The notes beneath the pieces were generated by a model. The model did not search any database. It worked only from the letters and a program-made list of their open reading frames with translations, and was not told where the DNA came from. Of a stretch of 63,326 bases of DNA, positions 53,701-63,326 are shown in pieces. The DNA lies in contig MU053185.1 in assembly GCA_013239625.1 (NCBI GenBank), forward strand, positions 62,001 to 125,326, read 5' to 3'. Position numbers and translations under genes: made by a program. The DNA comes from Lama guanicoe. Lineage: Eukaryota. The stretch's first letter is position 1. The number at the start of each line of letters is the position of its first letter.

Positions 53701-56700
53701 GAGAGTAGCTAAGATGGCAGAGTAGAAGGACCCTAAGCTCACCTCCTCTCATGAGCACACCAAAATCACAACTAACTGCAGAACAACCACTGATGAAACA
53801 GATTGGAACCTACTAGAAAAGATTTTATAAAACTGAAACATAAACAAGGAACCACATGAGATGGGTAGAAGGGGTAGATTCCCAATATAATCAAATCCCA
53901 TACCCCCTGGGTGGGCGACCCACAAACTGGAGAATAATTATATTACAGAGATTCTCCCACAGGAGTGAGAGTTCTGAGCCCCATGCCAGATTCTCCAGCC
54001 TAGGGGTCCAGCATTGGGAAGAGGAGCCCCCAGAGTACTTGGCTTTGAAGGCCAGCAGGGCTTGATTGCAGGAGCTCCATAGGATTGGGGAAAATAGTGA
54101 CTTCACTCTTCAAGGGTGCACACAAAATCTCACACACACAGGAATCAAGGCCAAAAGTAGTAATTTAATAGGAGCCTGGGTCAGACTTAATACTTGTCTT
54201 GGAGGGTCTCCTGGGGAGGCAGGGGGTGACTGTGGTTCACCCAGGGGACACAGACACTGGTGGTGGACATACTGGGGAGCATTCATCTGCCTGAGCTCTC
54301 CTGAAGGTTAATATGTTGGGTCATTAGCACCAAGACCTGGTCCCACTCAACAGCCTGTAGGATCCAGTGCTGGGATGCTTCAGGCCAAACAACTAACTGG
54401 ATGGGGGCATAGCCCTGACCATCAGCAGACAGGCTGTCTAAAGACTTCCTGAACTCACAACCACCTCTAGACATGCTCTATGACACGACCCTGCCCACCA
54501 GAGGACCAAGACCCAGCTCCATCCACCAGCGGGCAGGCACTGGCCCGCCCACCAGGAAACCTGAACAAGCCTCTAGACCAGCCTCACCCACCAGTAGGCA
54601 GACATTAGAAGCAAGAAAACTTCAATTTCACAGCCTGTAGAACGAGTCCACAAACACAGGCCAGACACTATTATGGGACCAGCTGGCCCCCAGCCCTTTG
54701 GTGTTGAGAGGAGAGTGCACTGCTGCGATGGATAGAATGTCTCCTACAGAGGGCCACTTCTCCAAGGTCAAGAAACATAACTAACCTACCATATACATAA
54801 AAATACAAATAGCAATTTAGATAATATGAGGTGACAGAGGATGTTTCAGACAAAAGAACAAGATATAACTCCAGAAGAATGATACTTGAATGATATGGAG
54901 ATAGACAACCTACCCGAGAAAGAGTTCAATGTAATGATCGTAAAGATGATCAAAAAATCAGGAGGAGAATGGATGCATGAAGACCAAAGTTGGATGTTTT
55001 TAACAAAGAATTAGAAAATATAAAGAACCAACTGAACAGTGTTGAGGAATACAATAACTGAAATGAAACACACACTAGAAGGAATCAATAGTAGACTAAA
55101 TGATGCAGAAGAACGAATGAGGGAGCTGGAAGACAATTGTGGAAATCACTGTTGCTGAACAAAAAAACAAGAGAAAAGAATGAAAAGAAATGAACACAGT
55201 TTAAGAGACCTCTGGACAATACCAAGTGCACTAACACTTGTATTATAAGGGTCCCAGAAGGAGAAGAGAGAGAAAAGAGCTTGAGAAAATATTTGAAGAG
55301 ATAATAGGTGAAAACTTCCCTAATGCGGGAAAAGAAACAGTTACCCAAGTCTAGGAAACAAAGAGTCCCATATAGGATTAACACAAAGAGGAACATATCA
55401 AGACAATGTAGTCAAAATGAAAAAATTAAAGATAAAGAGAGAATATTAAAAGCAACAAGGAAAAAGCAACAAATTTCATATAAGGGAACTCTCATAAGGC
55501 TATCAGCAGATTTTTTTTTTTTTTTAGCAGAAACTCTGCAGCCCAGAAGGGAGCGGTATGATATATCTAAAGTGATGGAAGGGAATAACCTAGATCCTAA
55601 GATGCTCTACCCAGCAAGATTATCATTCAGAACTGAAGGAGATATAAAGAACTTCTCATGCAAGTGAAAACTAAAAGAGTTCATCAATACTAGATCAACC
55701 CTGAAAGAAATGTTAAAGAGTCTTCTCTAAGTGGAAAAGAAGAGGCTACAACAAGAAGTAAGAATTTGTAAGAAGTAAAATCCCACTAGTAAAGGTAAAT
55801 ACATGGTAAAAGCAAATATATACAGACTGTGGATTAGCCACTTAATTAAGCTAGTACAAAGATTAAAGGACAAAAAATTGTAAAATCAACTATAAATATA
55901 ATAACAGTTAAAGTATAAACATGAAGATGTGAAATATGACATCAAAAACACAAAATGTGGTGGAGGGGAGTATAAAATGTAGATCTTTAGAATGTGTTTG
56001 AATTTAAATGACTACCAATTTAAGACAAGTGGATATAGTTATGTCAACATATCTCAATCTCAAAACCACAAATGAAAAAGCTACAATAGATGCACAAAAA
56101 TTAGAGAGAAAGGAACACAAACATACCACTAAAGAAAACCATCCAACCATAAGAGGGAAAAACAAGAAAATAACTGAGGATAACTACTAAAACAACCAGA
56201 AAACAAGAAAATGATATTAACTACATACCTATCAATAACCACTTTAAATGTCAATGGACTTAATGCTCTAATCAAAAGAAAAAGGCTGAATGATTGGATA
56301 AAAGAAAAACAAGACCATCTATATGCTGGCCACAAGAGACTCAATTCAGAGCTAAAGAAAAACACAGGCTTAAAGTGAGAGTATGTGTAAATGAAAACGA
56401 CAAGAAAGCAAACGTAGCAATACTCTTATCAGACAAAATAGACTTTAAGACAACATCTGTAACAAAAGACAAAAAAAGGCATTATATAATGATAAAGGGA
56501 TCAATACAAGAAGAGGATAGAACATGTGTTAACATATATGTACCTAATACAGAAGCACCTAAATATATAAAGCAAATATTATGAGTTATAAAAAGGAGAA
56601 ATTGACAATAATACAATAATAGTGGGGAATATTAACACCCCACTTATATCAATGGACAGATCACCCAGACAGAAAATCAATAAGGAAACAGTAGTCTTAA

Positions 56701-58660
56701 ATGACACCTTAGACCAGTTGAACTTAATAGATATCTACAAGACATTCTATCCAAAAACAGCAGAATAGACATTCTTTTCAAGTATACATGAGCAGTCTCC
56801 AGGATAGAATATGTGCTAGGCCACAACACAAGTCTTGACAAATTTAAGAGGATAGAGATTATATTAAGCATTTTTTCCAACCACAAAGGTACAAAACTAG
56901 GAATCAATCACAGGAAGAAAAATGGGAAAAACACAAACACATAGAAGCTGAACAACCATGCTATGAAAAACCCAGTGGATCAAGGAAGAAATCAAAGAGG
57001 ACATCAGAAAATATCTTGAGACAAATGATAATGGAAACACAATTTTCCAAAATCTCTGGGAAACAACAAAAGCAGTTTTAAGAGGAAACTGTAGCAATAT
57101 GGGCCTACCTCAAGAAACCAGAAAAATATCAAACAAGCAACCTAACCTACTATCTGAAGGAATTAGAAAAAGAGAAATAAGCCCAAAGTCAGCAGAAGGA
57201 AGGAAATAATAAATCTCAGAGAGGAAATAAAAGAGAGAGCCAAAAAACAACAGAAAAGATCGATGAAACCAAGAGCTATTTTTTCAAAAAGGTAAACAAA
57301 AATGATAATCCTTTACCCATGCTGATCAAGAAAAAAGAGAGAGGACCTAAAAGCTTTTGCACAGCAAAGGAATCCATTAGCAAAACAAAAAGATAACCAA
57401 GTGAATGAGAGAAAACATTTTCAAATGATATAAATGATAAGGGGTTAATATGCAAAATATGTAAACAGCTTATACAACTCAATATCAAAAAAACAAAAAA
57501 ACCTGATTGGGTAAAAGACCTGACTAGACATTTTTCCAAAGAAGACATACAGATGGCCAACAGGCACGTGAAAAGATGCTCAATATCACTAATTATCAGA
57601 GAAACACAAATCAAAGCCACTTGAGGACATAGAATACAAACTTGTAGTTGCCAGTGGGGAGAGGGGTGGGAAGGGATAAACTGGGCGTTCAAGATTTGCA
57701 GACACTGACTAGTATATATAAAATAAATAAACAAGTTTATACTGCATAGCACAGGGAAATATATTCAATATCTTGTAGGAGCTCACAGTGAAAAAGAATA
57801 TGAAAATGAATTTATGTATATTCATGTATGACTAAAGAATTCTGCTGTACACCAGAAATTGACACAACATAGTAAATTGACTATACCTCAATTAAAAAAA
57901 AACACTTGAGATATCATCTCACACCTGTCAGAATGGCAGTCATCAAAACGACCATAAACAGCAAGTATTGGCAAGGATATGGAGAAATGGGAACCCTTGT
58001 ACACTGTTGCTGGGAATGTAAATTGGTGCAGCCCCTATGGTAAACAGTATGGAGGTTCCTCAAAAAATGAAAAAATAGAACTACCATATGATCAAGCAAT
58101 TCCACTTCTGGGAATATAGTCAAAGAAAACAGATGAATGGCAGAAAGGCCACAAACACACCGTGGAATATTATTCAGCCATAAAAAATGAAATTTTCCCA
58201 TTTGCAACAACACGGATGGACTTGGAGGGAATCATGCTTCATGAAATAAGTCAGACAGAGAAAGACAAACATTGCATTTTATCACGTATATGTAGAATCT
58301 AAAAAATAAAACAAAGGAATGAATATAGCAAAGCAGAGACAGATTTACAGATTTAGAGAACAAACTAGTGGTTAACAGATTCCACTAGTAGGGAAAGAGA
58401 GGGAAAAGGAGAGGGAAGGGGAAAGGGAAAGGAGTAGGGGCAAGACAGGGATAGGGGACTAAGAAGTACAAACTACCATGTATAAAATAAATAAGCTATA
58501 AGGATGTATTGTACAGCACAAGGAATAGAGCCAATATTTCATGGTAACTTTAAATGCAGTATAATCTATAAAAATATTGAATTATTATGTTGTACACCTG
58601 AAACTAACATAGCATTGTAAATCAACTATACCTCAATTTTTTTAATGAATAAAAATAAAA
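53701..58660 (+). mobile_element. L1 with 5' UTR, ORF1 and endonuclease remnants, a large internal ORF2 (RT) deletion near 57348, and 3' UTR; nested short L1 tail at ~57626-57899
   Basis: 5' AAGATGGC start motif; ORF1 (KERILKATRKKQQISYKG, LYPARLSF); EN (CWPQETQF, VAILLSDKIDFK, VNIYVPN); abrupt jump to AAAAGCTTTTGCACAGCAAAGG; nested insert with TSD CACTTGAG. Confidence 0.9.
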
Positions 58661-59501
58661 CAATGCACCTGCAGTAGAAAGCCAAGCACTCTCAAAGCTC
58701 AAAGAGAGTCAGTGAAATCAAAGCACTGCAGAAGGTTCTGGGTGGGCTGTGAGATTGAAGAGCTACTCTCTGAACAACAGTTCTGTTTGCCGCTACCGTG
58801 CTCTGACCCTATCCCAATCTTTCTTACACTGGACAAAGCACAGTGGCATTTGATCTGCTTTAATCTCCCCAAACTACATTCCAAAGACAGTGACCAAGAA
58901 AGGAACCCAAATTAGAGCAGATCTGGGACAAGTGGAGACCTGCATAACAGAACGGAAACAAAACAGGACAGAAGGACATATCTGCCTAGAAGAGAGATCT
59001 ACCAAAGTCTTCCGATGTCTGAGAAATGCCATGCTTTTGGCAACTGGGAGGGCCCCTATACTACCAGAAAGTTTCCTGCGATTACTACCAAAGGAGAAGA
59101 CCACTCCACAACTGACATACACTACCCTCCCATACAGAAGAGGCCCCTATTAATGAAATGGACATCACAACTGTAGATGAGATCCATTCTAATTAACTAG
59201 GCTGATCAAATGAGTCCTTTACTCCCAAATATGAATGGACAAATGTTTGCCAGATATTTGAGGAAAGTGGAAGAGAAGATCATGATGAACAAACAGAACT
59301 ATTTCTGGAGAAAAAAATAAATATAATACCGGAAACAGAAGAGAACTTCACCAAAAAATCCAAATTTATATTCTCAGAATTTTAAGGAAGACGATGGGCT
59401 TATGAAATGAGAACAGGGTGCTAAAAAAGGGAACAATTAGAGAATAAGAGAAAGTCCTTGGAAAATAGGAACAGTAATGCAAAATTGAAAATTAATAGAT
59501 G

Positions 59502-60817
59502 CCAAACGGGCCCAACAGTGGACTCTGAGAGACCAGCGGCCCTCGGAACCGTCAGCCCTCGCTCTCAACCATCCACCCACCGCTCTCGGAACCACGGCGG
59601 CAGTGGCGGCAGCCTCGGCGGGAACTGCTCATCATCGGCTGGTATGTTTTCTGTGTGCTGCTGCAGGTGTTCCTGGAATGCTGCATTTACTGGGTAGGAT
59701 TCGCTTTTTGAAATCCTCCAAGGACATAGTCCATTGCGAGAAGTGAGGTGTTCAGGTGCTCCCTGAAGAAGCTGACATACACTGTGTCGAGAAACGGGGG
59801 GCCAAGTGCTGGGAAAGCACAACCACCGGGCCCCCAGTTGAGGCTCCAGCCCCTACCCCTGGGCGGCCATGTCACCAGGTGCTCCTGTAAAATTCCACCA
59901 GCATGGGAGCCAATGCTACACAGGAACGGTGGTCGCCTCTGCTCTCTCGCCAGAGGAGCAGTTGCCAAGATCAGTGCCCCTGGAGAAGCAGAACCAACAA
60001 TGACGACAATACAGATCCCTTCCTTACCCTTTGCACCCGTCCCACTGCGGGTGACATTCAAGGAGGAGGGGGGAATGGAAGGAGAAGACCCCTGAGATCT
60101 GGGCACAGGCAATGCATTCTGATCTGGACCAAGTTGGGACAGCGCCACCCCAGCCCCGCAGTGAAGGCCATGCCAGCAGGCCCCACCATAGAGATCCAGA
60201 CAACCACACCAGCCAGCAAGAATGGACATTCCAACATCACCAGCCAAAGCCCAGAATCTCAGTGCGGCGAACAAGGCGACAACTGCGAGCCAGTGGGTCG
60301 GGACTTGAGGGCGACTGCAAAGGAAGAGTTTTAAGAAACAGAGCGGGGCCTTCTCACTGACCCTTGCCTACCACATAGGCTTCCAGCCTTTCTGCCTCTG
60401 CTCCCTCCATTCCTCTTTCCCCCTCACGCCTGTCCAAAACAAATGTGTCGCTCAACTTGGAACTATTCAACAAGAAAATGAATTCCATCTTTACCAAAAC
60501 ACCTTCTCCGAGCCCCCAGCCCTTCACTGATCTTGCTTTACCCAGGTCTTAAGCAATTGTGGTCAGTGTTATGGTAATCACTAATTGTAATGCTTGTATA
60601 AGTGTGCATTAGTTGTGTCTTCCACCTAGACTATAAGCTCTTGGAAAACAGGGATCGCCTCAACAAAAAATTAAAAAAGTACCTCCCCCATCTCGCACAG
60701 TGTCCTAGTCCTGCCAGGCAGTGGAGATACACCCGAAATAATAGTAATAATGAAAATAATAGTAATAATGAAAATAATAATGAAAATAGCAATAATAATA
60801 ACAAATAAAATAAAATG
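59502..60817 (+). pseudogene. NNAT: Full-length processed pseudogene of neuronatin (alpha isoform); CDS remnant 59594-59841
   Basis: Conceptual translation (T)[78 protein letters not shown] matches NNAT-alpha as recalled; no introns; 5' UTR, ~0.9-kb 3' UTR, decayed A tail 60735-60817, TSD core TAATAGATG (59493-59501, 60818-60826); ATG>ACG, two frameshifts, two stops. Confidence 0.93.
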
Positions 60818-61080
60818 TAATAGATGACAGCTGCTCAGCTCAAGTCTCTGCGCCTCACCCAGACTTTGATGGAACCTGGGACACAGGGCTCTGTGCTATG
60901 CCCTCCTTTCCCCATTACCGCCCCAACCCCACCCAGTGTAACAGAACTGGAACCTGCCCTCCCCTCCCCCTCCCAAACCCGGGTATGGGGACCACATTCC
61001 AGTCCATACCAGAGCTGCCGCCCTGGCCGGAGTCACCTGCCTCAGGTCACCCTAACAGCCCACCCTGAGGACACTCTTGA

Positions 61081-61623
<543 letters not shown>

Positions 61624-62243
61624 NNNNNNNNNNNNNNNNNNNNNNNNNNNNNNNNNNNNNNNNNNNNNNNNNNNNNNNNNNNNNNNNNNNNNNNNNNNNN
61701 NNNNNNNNNNNNNNNNNNNNNNNNNNNNNNNNNNNAAGGCAATTTTCCCCTGCAAAAAAAAAAAAAAAAGTTCACTGAAGTTTTTCTTCTTTCATTGTTA
61801 CCATTTCTTCCAATAAAGTTATTGGTTCTTAAATAAATAAAGGTCTCTGGTTGATTCACGTGTGCACACGTCTCACTTTGTAAGTTTAAAACAGGTATCC
61901 AGGAGTCTCTCCAGCACCCATGCCCCATCCACATGCAGCTCAGGGTCTCCACAGATGGACGGAGAAGGTACTGCCTGGGACCATGGAAAATACAAAAGCA
62001 GTATTCCCCTAATGAACAAGGAGTGAGTGGGTGGGGGAGGGGTCATCTGCGGTCCTAGTCTACGTGACACCTGTGTGTGGTAATATTATACTTAAACACA
62101 GTATGGAATTTATAATACTGGTGAACTCTTAAGAAGTGAAGAGTGGGATTGGACAGGAAGTAAAATAAAGGGTGTCTTCAACTTGACCTGAAAACGTTTA
62201 GCTCATTAAGAAATGTTAGCACGTGTTGCTTCTGGGCAGCAGC

Positions 62244-62455
62244 CTGGGGGTCCTAGAAGCAGGTATGCAGAGTCCCTCCTTGACAGTCTCACCCCTACCA
62301 ACAGGGATAATGGTAACTGAGCCTTAGCTGACGTTCCCATAGATGCAGGAGTGACTTCCCGGGTCACCCTGCCAGTTATGCATATTGCCCTTACAAAACA
62401 TCCAAAGATGTGTATTTTTCCTTCCATTGTACCCTTTCTTCCACTAAACGAAAAG
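62244..62455 (+). pseudogene. 5'-truncated ferritin heavy chain remnant, unit B
   Basis: LGVLEAGM/ESLLDSLTPTNRDNGN* plus ferritin-type 3' UTR (GTGACTTCCCGGGTCACC); same left junction as the 4001 remnant. Confidence 0.8.
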
Positions 62456-62960
62456 AATACCACAAAAACCTCAAACTACCTCATCAGAAAGGCTGAAAAA
62501 TTAAAGGTCATGGCAAAGATCAAATTTGTGCTATTGAATATAAAGTAGAATAAATCTCCCTGAATGTAAAACCCAGGATTCTCATTGCTTTGAAGAATGT
62601 CAGGGGAGAGGGAGAGTCGAGGCTGGGAGACAAGTTAGGAGATACTGGAGCAGGTCCGGAGACACAATGGTGGCTTCACCTGTGGTGGCTATAGATGTAT
62701 GTATATATGAAAGATCTGAGACAAACTCAGAGAGAGGAAAGGTCCTCAAAGCAGGCAGAGAACGACGTATTGAACAAACAACAAGTTTGGCAAAGAAGAG
62801 TAAAGGGACAATTGAAGTTTCTGGAGACTGAACTCCAAAGGCCATGATTCTCACTTTTAAGAAAATGTTGAAGTGTAGTCTTGGGGAAATATGGAAGGAA
62901 ATTACTGCTTAGCTAAACTTACTTGTATTTTACTACATACTTTAAGCAATCTGGTGGCTA

Positions 62961-62963
<3 letters not shown>

Positions 62964-62994
<31 letters not shown>
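62964..62994. repeat. (TG)n microsatellite
   Basis: Seen directly. Confidence 0.95.
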
Positions 62995-62996
<2 letters not shown>

Positions 62997-63124
62997 ACAT
63001 CTCTCTCACAGATACAAGACGCACAGGGCAAGCCTATATTGGTGAGCATTTCAAACAGTCCATTGACTGACGATCCTTCTTCCTTTCCTGCTTTGGAGAA
63101 CCAGTTTTCTGTTTGACTCTATTA

Positions 63125-63326
63125 ACCTCAGTTTGCCTGGGTTCACATACCAGTCTAGCCACACATCTTGGGTAGACCTGGGTAAGGTATTTAATTTCTC
63201 TGTGCCTCAGTTTCCTCACATTTAAAATAAGAATAAAGGCGTCAACTCCACTGGGTCACTGTGCCGATTAAAGGAGTTAATGTACGTAAATCTCTAAGGA
63301 GAGTGCCTGGCACAGTGGCAGCACCT
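63125..63326 (+). mobile_element. MIR SINE
   Basis: CCTGGGTTCA..TCTCTGTGCCTCAGTTTCCTCA..GTGCCTGGCACA core. Confidence 0.75.

Noticed and set aside
59594..59596. ATG>ACG in both the NNAT retrocopy and neighbouring ferritin copy B as a shared mechanism such as C-to-U editing
   Set aside because: The NNAT copy also has frameshifts and stops, so restoring AUG would give no protein; two T>C transitions are plausibly coincidence
59458..60360. Cluster of 60-195 aa ORFs on both strands
   Set aside because: They lie in wrong frames or the 3' UTR of the NNAT retrocopy; no recognisable protein

Overview
Mammalian, AT-rich, repeat-dense genomic DNA. It is most likely camelid, inferred from five tRNA-Ala-derived Vic-1-like SINEs, and most likely the X-linked FTHL17 region, inferred from gene content. 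The window is bracketed by two copies of an old tandem duplication unit. Unit A (~1-4500) carries an intact intronless ferritin-heavy-chain-like gene (FTHL17-like, 3171-3716) whose ferroxidase and three-fold-channel ligands are largely replaced. Unit B (~44559-62700) carries a paralogue whose ATG is replaced by ACG (61147) and whose 3' end lies in an N gap. Each copy is followed by a 5'-truncated ferritin 3' remnant. A full-length processed pseudogene of the imprinted gene neuronatin (NNAT, alpha isoform, with A-rich tail and TSD) sits ~320 bp upstream of copy B, and the empty insertion site survives in unit A. A 1.25-kb block (1-1249 vs 44559-45807) is near-identical while neighbouring paralogous DNA is much more diverged, suggesting gene conversion or an assembly overlap. 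The rest is transposable elements: a degraded ERV1 provirus with nested L1s and a solo LTR, other solo LTRs, many L1 pieces, a full-length Tigger1, MER82, and MaLR/MIR/L2 relics. All comparisons and counts were done by eye, and family names come from recall rather than a database search. I see no evidence for a wholly new multi-gene system.
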